A stretch of 64,000 nucleotides of DNA from Candidatus Latescibacterota bacterium (GTDB lineage: Bacteria > Latescibacterota > UBA2968 > GCA-2709665). The notes under the pieces are model-generated. The model had not been told where the DNA came from and searched no databases. It saw only the letters and a list, made by a program, of their open reading frames with translations. The DNA is taken from NCBI GenBank assembly GCA_965219995.1, contig CBDCOX010000002.1, forward strand, positions 5,152,001 to 5,216,000, written 5' to 3'. The first letter of the stretch is position 1; each line of letters starts with the position of its first letter. Shown here in pieces: positions 40,787 through 50,113 of this stretch. Position numbers and translations under genes: made by a program.

Positions 40787-41946
40787 GTCCCGGCGAGCCG
40801 CCTGGGCAAATCGGTCACCTCGTCCGGCTCCGTGCGTGGGCCAAGAATCTCTGCGAGGCTCAAGCCGCACTCCAACAAGGCATGGACATCCGGCACAGAC
40901 GTGGCGGGCAACGCCACCGTCCCGTCGTTTCCCGGCGTGAGCAGCACAACCTCGTCAACGCCAAGCCCCGGATCTTCCAGGATCTCATTCGAGTGGGTCG
41001 TCAGGAGGATCTGGGGGCCACCAGCGCCCGCGACACGATTGAAGACCGTCGGCAACTGCTTCACCACGGACGTGTGGAGTGATAACTCCGGCTCCTCCAG
41101 CAGCACGGGGCCCCGACCCCATTCTCCCTCCAGCAATGACCAGAGCAGGCCGATCATTCGCAGCGTACCGTCCGAGAACAGCCGTTCGTCCTGGATGGCC
41201 GGGTGGGAACGCCAGTGTTCGTAGCGGGCTCCCAGATGCCAATGCCCGATCTCGTCCTGAACGAGTTCGATCTGGTCCATCTGTGGAACCGCCGCCCGCA
41301 GTCCCTCCCCGATTCTCCGCAGGCGGTGAGATCGCGTGGTCGAAGGGGTCCTGGCCATCCTGAGCAGCAGGTCCGACCCGTAGGGGTCCTCTCGCACGCT
41401 GCCGGCACGCTCGGGCTCACGAATCAGGTGCGGGACGAGATGTAGGTAACGAACGGACCCCAGGAACTCCGAAATCTCCCGAAAGTCCCTGTTCGCGTTC
41501 ACCTGTTCCAGGTGGGTCTGAGTCATGCGCTCTGGATCGTCCTCGTCCTCCGGGGTCGGCCGCTCGAGGACAGGTCGCCCGCGGTTGCAGACAATCTCGT
41601 GCGTCAAAACCGGTCGATGACGCCCACGCTGCTCGGCGGTGAACGTCATCTCGTAGCTCCACTCGTCCGGGCACTCATCGCTCCCGATGCTGATGTGGAT
41701 GGTCACGCGCCCGTGGTTGTAGTTTCGTGCTGCCAGACAGCGCAGGCGCGGGATGCCTCCACGAGTCTCCACGGCATCTTGAAAGCCGCCTGCCGGCGAC
41801 GCGATCTGCTTCAGGAACCGGAGTGCGTCCAGCAGGTTGGACTTCCCTGACGCATTCGGGCCAACGATCACCAGCCGCTCGCGCAGGTCGAAATCCGCCT
41901 GCTTGAAGTTGCGCCAGTTCTTCAGCGTGAGATGAGTGATTCGCAT
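40783..41946 (-). CDS. ABC-type AAA ATPase (AAA_21/AAA_15 family)
   Basis: LKNWRNF, GPNASGKS, FSDGTLR, LLEEPELSLH and LTTHS motifs. Confidence 0.9.
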   Translation of the reverse strand: MRITHLTLKNWRNFKQADFDLRERLVIVGPNASGKSNLLDALRFLKQIASPAGGFQDAVETRGGIPRLRCLAARNYNHGRVTIHISIGSDECPDEWSYEMTFTAEQRGRHRPVLTHEIVCNRGRPVLERPTPEDEDDPERMTQTHLEQVNANRDFREISEFLGSVRYLHLVPHLIREPERAGSVREDPYGSDLLLRMARTPSTTRSHRLRRIGEGLRAAVPQMDQIELVQDEIGHWHLGARYEHWRSHPAIQDERLFSDGTLRMIGLLWSLLEGEWGRGPVLLEEPELSLHTSVVKQLPTVFNRVAGAGGPQILLTTHSNEILEDPGLGVDEVVLLTPGNDGTVALPATSVPDVHALLECGLSLAEILGPRTEPDEVTDLPRRLAGT

Positions 41947-42112
41947 CGCGGCAATGTTAGCAAGAGGGGCGCGCACGGAGACGACAGTGGGAGGTCCCAG
42001 AACCGCGTCTCGCGCCGGGGATCTCGGTAGGCGGTTCCGAAGCCGGGGCATTGCGCCCCGGCTCCTCCGCTTCCCTGCCGGCAACCCAGCGGGCCGCCTC
42101 TCCTTGCGAACG

Positions 42113-43294
42113 TTACGCCGTGCCGCCGCCGGCCCTGGCGGGCCCGCGGCCCCCGGGGAAGCTGTCGCTCGCCCCGGGGGCGGGGGGATGGTCGGCACCC
42201 GCACGGGAGCCATTGGCGGCCGCCAACGCTTCCGCGACCGCCGGGTGCCGTATACGACCGGCGTGAACGTTCAAGCCCTGGGCGAGGCACGGATCATCGA
42301 CCAGCGCGGTGCGCCAGCCCTTGTCGGCCAACGTCTGGACGAAGGGGAGAGCGACGTTGTTGAAGGCCAACGTCGACGTCCGCGCCACCGCCCCGGGCAT
42401 GTTGGTAACGCAATAGTGCACCACCCCTTCCGCGACATAGGTCGGGGCGTCATGCGTGGTCGGGCGACTCGTCTCGGCACAGCCGCCCTGGTCGATGCAG
42501 ACATCGACCAGCACGGTGCCGTCGCGCATCGACCGTACCAGTTCCCGGGAGAGGAGCTTCGGCGCGGCTGCGCCCGGCACCAGCGCCGCTCCCACGACGA
42601 GGTCGGCGCCACGGACGGCATACTCGATGAGATCGGGACGCGCGCAGAGCACGCGCGCCCGGTTCCCGAAACACTTGCGCCGACGCATCAGGCGCGCCGG
42701 GTCCTTCTCGATGATCGTGACATCGGCGCCGAGGCCCAGCGCCATCCGCGCCGCATTCACCCCCGCCACGCCTCCGCCGAGGATCACCACGCTCGCGGGC
42801 ATCACGCCCGTCGCGCCCGAAAGCAGTACGCCGCGTCCGCCGCTCGCGCACTGCAGCGCGGTCGCGCCGACCTGGATCGACATCCGACCGGCGATCTCGC
42901 TCATGGGAGCGAGCAGCGGCAGGGTGCCGTTCCCGGCCGTCACCGTCTCGCAGGCGATCGCCGTGACCCGGGCGTCCAAGAGGTGCGCCCCGAGTTCCGG
43001 ACACGCCGCCAGGTGCAGGTAGCAGAAGAGGACCTGACCCGACCGCAGCCGCCGCCACTCCTCCGGCTGGGGCTCCTTGACCTTGACGATGAGTTCGGAG
43101 TCGAAGACGACCTCGGCGCTCGCCACCCGCGCCCCCGCGAGGAGGTACTGCTCGTCCGAGAAGCCGACGCCACCGCCGGCGCCCGCCTGCACGGTCACCT
43201 CGTGACCCGCTCCGGTGAGCACGGAGACCGCGGACGGCGCCAGGCCGACCCGGTGTTCCTGGCTCTTGACTTCCCTGGGGATACCGATCCGCAT
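42113..43294 (-). CDS. ald: Alanine dehydrogenase
   Basis: MRIGIPREVKSQEHRV, KVKEP, PLLAPMSEIAG, GGGVAG, IDQGGC and NMPGAV motifs. Confidence 0.95.
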   Translation of the reverse strand: MRIGIPREVKSQEHRVGLAPSAVSVLTGAGHEVTVQAGAGGGVGFSDEQYLLAGARVASAEVVFDSELIVKVKEPQPEEWRRLRSGQVLFCYLHLAACPELGAHLLDARVTAIACETVTAGNGTLPLLAPMSEIAGRMSIQVGATALQCASGGRGVLLSGATGVMPASVVILGGGVAGVNAARMALGLGADVTIIEKDPARLMRRRKCFGNRARVLCARPDLIEYAVRGADLVVGAALVPGAAAPKLLSRELVRSMRDGTVLVDVCIDQGGCAETSRPTTHDAPTYVAEGVVHYCVTNMPGAVARTSTLAFNNVALPFVQTLADKGWRTALVDDPCLAQGLNVHAGRIRHPAVAEALAAANGSRAGADHPPAPGASDSFPGGRGPARAGGGTA

Positions 43295-43514
43295 GTCTCG
43301 CACTGTAGAGCACGCGGCGCGGCAGGTGCTTGCGTTGTTGCGCGTCTCCAGCGGGCGACTCGCAAGATTCGACGACGCAGGCCACTTGCGGCGACCGATT
43401 CTGCTCCGTGGCTCGCCCATGTGAATCGGAACGAGTCCCCAGCCACCAGCACCGCTTGCTTTCTTGATCCAGCCACCACACGATTCGCAACAATCTTCTT
43501 CTGACTACCTGAAC

Positions 43515-43997
43515 GTGAAGAATTTTGCCGATCTGGACCGATCCGACCGAAAGATCCTGCACGAGCTTCAGAACGACGGGCGGCTCACCAACACAGCGTT
43601 GGCGGCACGCGTGAATCTCTCCGAGTCCGCCTGCCTGCGCCGAACGCGCAACCTCGAAGCGAGCGGGTTCATCCGCGGCTACGTCGGCCTGGTCGACCAG
43701 GCCCGGGCCGGATACCCGGACAACGTGTTGGTGCAGATCACGCTCCACTCCCAGCAGCGCGACGACCTGCTTGCCTTCGAGGAGGCCGTGCGCCACGTCC
43801 CCGAGGTGATGGAGTGCTACCTGATGTCCGGCGAGGCCGACTACCTCCTGCGCGTGATCGTGCGCGACGCGCCTGACTACGAGCGCGTGTACAGCCGCCA
43901 CCTGACGGGGCTGCCGGGCGTGAGCCGGGTACACTCGAGCTTCACGCTCCGCACCGTCATCAAGAAAACGGAGCTGCCCGTACGCTCGGCGGGCTGA
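43515..43997 (+). CDS. Lrp/AsnC family regulator (AldR-like), divergent from ald
   Basis: LDRSDRKILHELQNDGR, HTH LSESACLRR and ECYLMSGEADYLLRV. Confidence 0.93.
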   Translation: MKNFADLDRSDRKILHELQNDGRLTNTALAARVNLSESACLRRTRNLEASGFIRGYVGLVDQARAGYPDNVLVQITLHSQQRDDLLAFEEAVRHVPEVMECYLMSGEADYLLRVIVRDAPDYERVYSRHLTGLPGVSRVHSSFTLRTVIKKTELPVRSAG

Positions 43998-44000
43998 CAC

Positions 44001-44267
44001 TAGTGTCGTGTCACGCGTGTTCTGTCGCTTCAGAGTTCGCCCTGCGCGTCAATGCAAGGCGTGGTCCGCAGGGAATATCGAGCATATTGGCAAGGACCAC
44101 AACGCGGCAGTGGCGTGCAGGGCGACCTCCCGAAGGGCGCGCCCCACGGGGCCTGTGGCGGTGTTGCGCCCCTTGGCAATATGCCCGATATTCCCTGCGG
44201 GGAACGCGCCTTGCCACAGACCCCGTGGGACGCGCTGAAGCGGCAGAACACGCGTGACACGACACTA
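44001..44267. mobile_element. MITE with 33-bp terminal inverted repeats ending in TA (IS630-like non-autonomous element)
   Basis: TAGTGTCGTGTCACGCGTGTTCTGTCGCTTCAG (44001-44033) matches the reverse complement of 44235-44267 with 1 mismatch. Internal inverted repeat at 44066-44089/44177-44200. No transposase. Confidence 0.85.
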
Positions 44268-44293
44268 CCCCGCCACCGACAGGAGCCACCGAC

Positions 44294-45028
44294 ATGCAGA
44301 TCCAGGTCGACGACGCCACGCTCAACGTGGAGGCGGACGGTCCCGAGGACGCCCCCGCCCTGCTCCTCTGGCACGGAGCGAACTGCACCCTGCGCTCCTG
44401 GGACCTGGTCGTGGCGCGGCTCGCGGACCGCTACCGCATCGTCCGCTTCGACGTCCGCGGGCACGGGGAAAGCGCGCCCGCGCGGGATCCCGTCACCGAC
44501 TACACCTTCGCGCGGTACGCCGACGACGCCGACGGTCTCCTGGACCACTTCGGCGTGCAGCGGTGCCACGTGTGGGGCTTCGCCTGGGGAGCGCGCGCCG
44601 CCCTGGCATACGGCGCGCTCCGTCCGGCACGGGTGCTGACCGCGGCGCTCTACGACGCGAGCATCGTCAGGCCCGACGTGAAGGCCCAGCGGGAGGGGAC
44701 TCGGGAAGCCGTACGCCGCCAGCGGGCGGCGGGCATCCGCTTCCAGCCGCCGGAAGGCTGGGACGCGCACGCGGATCCGGAAGCCGCCCGGGCGAGTCTC
44801 GGCGCGATGAACGGCTTCGACCTCCCGGCCGCGGTCGACCGACTCGCGATGCCCGTGCTCGTCGCCACCGGCGACCTCGATCCCAACCTCGCGTCCAGCC
44901 GGGACCTGGTCGCGCGCGCGGCCGATGCGCGGCTCGTCGTCCTGGCCGACGTCGGGCACGGTTCCGTGCTCCAGCGCCCCGACCTCACGGTCGAGACGTG
45001 GCTCGAGTTCCAGGGGTCGGTCGCGTAA
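44294..45028 (+). CDS. Alpha/beta fold hydrolase
   Basis: LLLWHG, RFDVRGHGES, GFAWG (Ala at the nucleophile position) and VGHG. Confidence 0.85.
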   Translation: MQIQVDDATLNVEADGPEDAPALLLWHGANCTLRSWDLVVARLADRYRIVRFDVRGHGESAPARDPVTDYTFARYADDADGLLDHFGVQRCHVWGFAWGARAALAYGALRPARVLTAALYDASIVRPDVKAQREGTREAVRRQRAAGIRFQPPEGWDAHADPEAARASLGAMNGFDLPAAVDRLAMPVLVATGDLDPNLASSRDLVARAADARLVVLADVGHGSVLQRPDLTVETWLEFQGSVA

Positions 45029-45058
45029 CGCTCCGGCCCGGGCGACTGCCGGGCCGAA

Positions 45059-45871
45059 TCAGACCAGGTCGGCGGGCTCCAGGCCGAACTCTTCGATCAC
45101 CTCGTCCGCATAGGCGATGCGGCCGGTGATGCTCGACGCGTCGCCATGGCACAGCCGCAGGCACGCTTCCGCCATGTGCTCGACCGGAGTCACGCGGTCC
45201 TTGTTCGTCTCGTTGATGAGCTTGTGATGGACGACGCCGGGCGTGGCCACGAGTCCGGGGGAGATGACGTTGACGCCGACACCCTTGCCGTACAGTTCCT
45301 GGGCCAACCCCGTCGTGAAGCGTTCGAGCGCCGCCTTGCACATGCCGTAGACGGTCCCGCCGTGGCCGCCGGCCGCATTCGCCTCCGGATGGATGGCGGC
45401 GTGCGACGAGATGTTGAGAACCCAGCCCGAGCCGCGTTCGACCATGCCGGGCAGCACCATCTGCGTGAGTTCGAAGGGCGCGTAGACCTGCACGTCCATC
45501 ATGGTGCGGTAACGCTTCTCCGAGAAGTCGATCACCGGCAGGAACCAGGTTACCGCGGCGTTGTTGACGAGGATGTCCACCGGGCCGAACGTGCTCTCGG
45601 TCTCGCTGATGAGCCTCTGACGCTCCTCCGGGTCGGCCAGGTTGGAGCGTATCGCCGCGACCGTGCCTCCCGCCGCCTCGATGTCGGCCACGCACTGCTT
45701 GATCGTGCCCGGGAGGAAATGGTCCGACGCCTCGACGGTGCGCGCCGACACCACGACCTTCGCGCCTTCCATCGCGAAGCGCTTCGCGATCGCCTCGCCG
45801 ATACCCCGGCTCGCGCCCGTGACGACGGCGACCTGCCCCTTGAGCACACCGTTCGCGTTGACTTCGGCCAT
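45059..45871 (-). CDS. SDR family oxidoreductase
   Basis: TGASRGIG, NNAA and YGMCK motifs. Confidence 0.92.
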   Translation of the reverse strand: MAEVNANGVLKGQVAVVTGASRGIGEAIAKRFAMEGAKVVVSARTVEASDHFLPGTIKQCVADIEAAGGTVAAIRSNLADPEERQRLISETESTFGPVDILVNNAAVTWFLPVIDFSEKRYRTMMDVQVYAPFELTQMVLPGMVERGSGWVLNISSHAAIHPEANAAGGHGGTVYGMCKAALERFTTGLAQELYGKGVGVNVISPGLVATPGVVHHKLINETNKDRVTPVEHMAEACLRLCHGDASSITGRIAYADEVIEEFGLEPADLV

Positions 45872-45913
45872 GAACCATCCCCCTCAGAAACTCGCGCGGC
45901 GAAGAGCCGCCGA

Positions 45914-46912
45914 TCATACCCCAACCGCCGCGGGCAGATGGCGCCGCGCGACGCGCCGGCCGATGCCGGTGAGCACCTCGTAGGCAATGGTGTCCGACCA
46001 CGCGGCGACCTCGTCGACGCCCACCGTCGGGCCGAAGAACTCGACCCAGTCACCCCTTTCGACGGCGATGCCGGTGGCGTCGACCTGGGTCAGGTCCATC
46101 GACACCCGACCCAGGATAGGCAGCCGGACGCCGCGGACGGCGACCTCGCCCCGATTCGACAGCAGCCGCGGGACGCCGTCGGCGTAGCCCGCGCCGACGA
46201 CCGCCACCGTCGTGTCCCGCGCGAGGACGCGCGACGCCCCGTAGCCCACGCTCTCTCCGGCCCGCACCTCACGCACCTGCAGGACCTGGCCCTCCAGCGT
46301 CGCGACGCACCGCATCGGATTGTCCCGGTCGCTGTAGGGATTGCCGCCGTACAGGCCTATACCGGGCCGGCCGATCCCCCGCACGCCGTTCAGGACGCCG
46401 GCCGAGTTCGCGATACTGACCGGGACCCCGGGGAAACGGGCCGCGACGGTCTCGAAACGCTCGAGCTGCACGGCGTTCATCGGATGATCCGGCGTGTCGG
46501 CACAGGCCAGGTGCGTCAGCAGCAGGACCACCTCCGGGTGGTCCGGCACGTCTTGCGGTGCGAAACCGAGGCGCTGCATGCCCGTGTCCACGTGGAACGC
46601 CACCGGCCCCGCGCGAAGCTGCGACGGCTGGTTGACGACGGGAACGAGGCCGTCCGCGGAGGCCTCTCCCGAGAAGACAAAGATGTCGCAATCCCCGGCG
46701 AGCGTCTCCCGCAGGGCGAGTCCCTCCGCCTCGGTCGCGACGAAGAACCGGGTGCAGTCCTCCGCCGCCAGCCGCGCGGCCACCGCTTCCATCCCGAGCC
46801 CGTAGGCATCGGCCTTGACGACCGCCGCCACCCCGTCCGGCGCGCGCGCCCGGAACGCGCGGTAGTTGGCCGCGAGCGCATCGAGGTCGACGGTCAGGCG
46901 CGCCAGCGTCAC
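45914..46912 (-). CDS. alr: Alanine racemase
   Basis: AVVKADAYG, VDTGMQRLG, RPGIGLYG, GYADG, GRVSMD and TIAYEVL motifs. Confidence 0.95.
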   Translation of the reverse strand: MTLARLTVDLDALAANYRAFRARAPDGVAAVVKADAYGLGMEAVAARLAAEDCTRFFVATEAEGLALRETLAGDCDIFVFSGEASADGLVPVVNQPSQLRAGPVAFHVDTGMQRLGFAPQDVPDHPEVVLLLTHLACADTPDHPMNAVQLERFETVAARFPGVPVSIANSAGVLNGVRGIGRPGIGLYGGNPYSDRDNPMRCVATLEGQVLQVREVRAGESVGYGASRVLARDTTVAVVGAGYADGVPRLLSNRGEVAVRGVRLPILGRVSMDLTQVDATGIAVERGDWVEFFGPTVGVDEVAAWSDTIAYEVLTGIGRRVARRHLPAAVGV

Positions 46913-47066
46913 GCCCTACTTCCCCGCGGGCGCGGAGCGCAACCGTGGAGCAGGCGCGGCCGGCCTGCAAACGCGCCGTCCGGAAATCCGTGACATCCGC
47001 TCCGCCCATCGCGCGGAGCGCCTGACCGACGCCTTGCGCCCACTGCCCTCTCCCGGTACGCCGACG

Positions 47067-49073
47067 CTACAACCCGAGCAGGCCGAGCAGTTCCTCTCGG
47101 GACAGCGTCGCCGAGAGATCGATGGTGACATCGTCGATGAGTTGGTCGAACAGAGCCTGTTTCTTCGCCAGCAACCGGTCGATTCGTTCCTCGATGGTGT
47201 CGACGCACATGTACTTGACCACGTGTACCTTGACCGTCTGACCGATGCGATGCACGCGATCCTCGGCCTGCTTCTCGACCGCCGGATTCCACCATCGGTC
47301 GAGATGAAACACGTACGACGCTTCCTGCAGATTCAGGCCGACGCCACCCACGCCGAGCGATACGATCAGCGCCCGATGACCGGGGCGGGTTCTGAACGCA
47401 TCCACCAACGCCGGCCGGTCGGGGGCCGGCGTATCCCCTGTCAGGACTACCGGGTCGAACTCGGCGAGGCGCCTGGACGCCAGCCCCACGCCAGCCGTCG
47501 CGCTGACGTACTGCGAGAACACCACCGCCTTGTGGCCTCGTCCCGACAGTGCAGCGAGCCGTTCCGCGATGTCGTCCAGCTTGCTGGAGTCGCCGGTTCT
47601 CGGATCGGCATTGCAGATCTGCTTGAGCCGGGTGATCAGCTCGAGGACATGCACGATGGTCACATCCCCGCCAAGGGCCTTGAGGTAGACGATCCCGTCC
47701 CGTTCGGCGCGGTCGTAGCTGGCCCGCTGCCCGGAGGACAACTCGATGTCCCGACGGGTCACGAGCTTGTCCGGCAGGTCCTCCAGGACATCGGACTTGC
47801 GGCGGCGCAGTTGCAACTCACGGTGCCGGGCGAAAAGCGCTGGACCCGGCGCGTAGCGCTTGAGTGGCACACTGCCGTCGTGATCGACGAACTCCATCAC
47901 CGAGGCCAACTCGTCCTCGCGGTTTTCCACGGGTGTGCCGGTCAACGCCCAAGAGCGCACTCGGCCCAAACGCTTCACGGCTTCGCTGGTTTCGACGCCG
48001 CGGTTCTTGATCCGCTGAGCCTCGTCCGCCACCACCGTGTCCCAGGCCCGGCGCACCTCCTGGCGCCAAGCATCCGCGCGCAACACACCGTAGCTCGTGA
48101 GCGTGACGTCCGGTGCGGCCCGCCACTTCCACGCGCGCTCCGCCGCGGAACCGCGCACGACGATGGCCGTGAGTTCCGGCGCCCATCTCGCGATCTCGCG
48201 CCGCCATTGGTCGAGGATGCTGGTGGGCGCGACGACCAGGACCCGGCCCAAGCCGCCCCGCGACCGCCGTATGCGCAAGGCCGCGATGACCTGGATGGTC
48301 TTGCCGAGCCCCATGTCGTCCGCGAGCAACAGCCCCGGCATGTCGAGCAACGCGCGCACGCCCTCTTGCTGGAACGGCATCAGCGGGGCCGGCCAGGACA
48401 GCGGGCCCGACCCGTCGGCGGGAGAATCGCACAGGTCGGGGGGAGGACAGAGAATGTGGCGCAGCCGCCCGGGCAGATCGGGTGTTCCCGAGTCCGGAGG
48501 GGAGGTCTCCGTCAGCGGCAGCGTAACGGTCACGGCGAAACCCGGGATCGTGGTCACCCCACGCACCCGGCCATCCCCGAACGCCGCATCCGCCGCCACC
48601 GATACACGGCTCAACGGCTCGAGTCCGCGGGCGTCGGCCGACAGGCGCCGCATGGTCCGTTCGGCGACCGCAGTGGGTTCCCGCGCCCACGACGGCATCT
48701 GCGGCGCGCTTCCCGCCGCGTGCTCGGGAATCCGGTACACGGGCACCTGCACTGCGGCGGCAGTGGATCCGTCGAGTTCCTCCGCCGCTGCCACGATCAG
48801 CACTGGCCGTTCCGGTCCGCCGTCGAGCAGCGCGTCGATGGCCGCGCGCAACGGGTACGAGGCCCCCACCGGCGCGTCGGTTCGGGCGGCTTCAAAGCTG
48901 GCGAACCGGAAACGGATCGGCGTGCCGTCGACGCCTGACTCGAACAGCGCCACACGCGATCCGGAGCCGTCCGGCGCCCGGGACACCCGCAACCACGCTA
49001 CCGACCCGGTATCCGGCCGCTGCGGCGCAACGACCCCACGGTCCGCAACCGCAATTCCCCCTTCCCGGTTCAC
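47067..49073 (-). CDS. SNF2 family helicase/ATPase
   Basis: LADDMGLGKT, DEAQ, LTGTPVEN, GVGLNLQ and WWNPAVEKQAEDRVHRIGQ motifs; GTG start overlaps the upstream TGA. Confidence 0.92.
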   Translation of the reverse strand: MNREGGIAVADRGVVAPQRPDTGSVAWLRVSRAPDGSGSRVALFESGVDGTPIRFRFASFEAARTDAPVGASYPLRAAIDALLDGGPERPVLIVAAAEELDGSTAAAVQVPVYRIPEHAAGSAPQMPSWAREPTAVAERTMRRLSADARGLEPLSRVSVAADAAFGDGRVRGVTTIPGFAVTVTLPLTETSPPDSGTPDLPGRLRHILCPPPDLCDSPADGSGPLSWPAPLMPFQQEGVRALLDMPGLLLADDMGLGKTIQVIAALRIRRSRGGLGRVLVVAPTSILDQWRREIARWAPELTAIVVRGSAAERAWKWRAAPDVTLTSYGVLRADAWRQEVRRAWDTVVADEAQRIKNRGVETSEAVKRLGRVRSWALTGTPVENREDELASVMEFVDHDGSVPLKRYAPGPALFARHRELQLRRRKSDVLEDLPDKLVTRRDIELSSGQRASYDRAERDGIVYLKALGGDVTIVHVLELITRLKQICNADPRTGDSSKLDDIAERLAALSGRGHKAVVFSQYVSATAGVGLASRRLAEFDPVVLTGDTPAPDRPALVDAFRTRPGHRALIVSLGVGGVGLNLQEASYVFHLDRWWNPAVEKQAEDRVHRIGQTVKVHVVKYMCVDTIEERIDRLLAKKQALFDQLIDDVTIDLSATLSREELLGLLGL

Positions 49074-50113
49074 GCCGGCCGTGGGGTCAGCACGAGGTCG
49101 GTGCCGAAACCCAATCCCCCGACCTCGGCCGCCGCGCGCATCTGCTTCTCTTTCGTCGCGTTGTTGCTGTTGGTCGCGAGCCACCAGCCACCGACGAGCT
49201 CCGTGGCGTGCTCCCGCAGGTCTGGCCTGTGAGGGTAAAGCGCCTCGGGGTTCCGAGCGATGTACCGACGCGTTCTGTCGCCACGCTCTCGACCAGCGAA
49301 GACCGGGTGCGCGGCGCATCGTTCCAGAAACGTCTCGTCACGCGCGTGCAGATCCCGCAAGACCACCACCAGCGCGTCCTTCATGTTCGCGAAGTCGTGC
49401 TCCCGACCCTCGACCGTGACCGTCCCCCGCCTGTGCGTCCGGCGTCGCGTCCCGGAACCTGACGCCGGGATCGAAGCGCGCGGACCGGGCGCCGCTTTCG
49501 CAAGGAAGCACCTGACGTCGCCAGCATCGGGCCTGACACCAGCCGAGTCCCACACTTCATCGCGGAGCAGTTCCACCAACTGGCCGTCCGCCCGCGACAC
49601 CAGCCGCTGCCAGGCCCGCGGAATGGCGCGCCGCATCACCGCTTCCTTGACCGAAGCGCCAGAGACGACGTGCCCGCTCGACAGAAAACGGTCCAGAACC
49701 TCCGCAGTGTCCTCGCTCGTCCGCAAGTCCAGCGCGAAAACCGGTTCCGCATCTTCTCCGTCTTCCGCGAAGAACAGCCGCCATGTCGGGCCATCGGTCA
49801 CAAGCAGCAAAGGAACGCCCGCGCGCCGCGCCCGCGGGAGAACCTCCGTAACGGCGTTCCCCTCGCGCCAGCGCCCTTCGAGCTCGACGACGCAGTGCGG
49901 GCGTGCCAACGGCGTGCCGCACAGCGCAAGATCAACGCGATGCCGCCCCAGGGCAAAGTCCGGCACCACGGCGGAGGTGTCGAACACGTCCCACCCCAGT
50001 TCCTGGAGTAGGGGCAGGACCATGCCGTTGAGCACCGCCTGGCGTCCCCTTGCGGGACTCGCGCCGAACCGCCCGACGGCTTCCGCGATGCGCCGCTGCA
50101 GCGAGGCGTTCAC
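49070..50113 (-). CDS. HsdR-N-like (PD-(D/E)xK) domain fused to a SeqA-C-like DNA-binding domain
   Basis: N-terminal PLLQELGWD...VDLAL...LLVTDGPTWRLF. C-terminal RTRRYIA...WWLATNSNNATK recalls SeqA RTRVYFA...YWVITNTNTGRK. Confidence 0.65.
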   Translation of the reverse strand: MNASLQRRIAEAVGRFGASPARGRQAVLNGMVLPLLQELGWDVFDTSAVVPDFALGRHRVDLALCGTPLARPHCVVELEGRWREGNAVTEVLPRARRAGVPLLLVTDGPTWRLFFAEDGEDAEPVFALDLRTSEDTAEVLDRFLSSGHVVSGASVKEAVMRRAIPRAWQRLVSRADGQLVELLRDEVWDSAGVRPDAGDVRCFLAKAAPGPRASIPASGSGTRRRTHRRGTVTVEGREHDFANMKDALVVVLRDLHARDETFLERCAAHPVFAGRERGDRTRRYIARNPEALYPHRPDLREHATELVGGWWLATNSNNATKEKQMRAAAEVGGLGFGTDLVLTPRPA

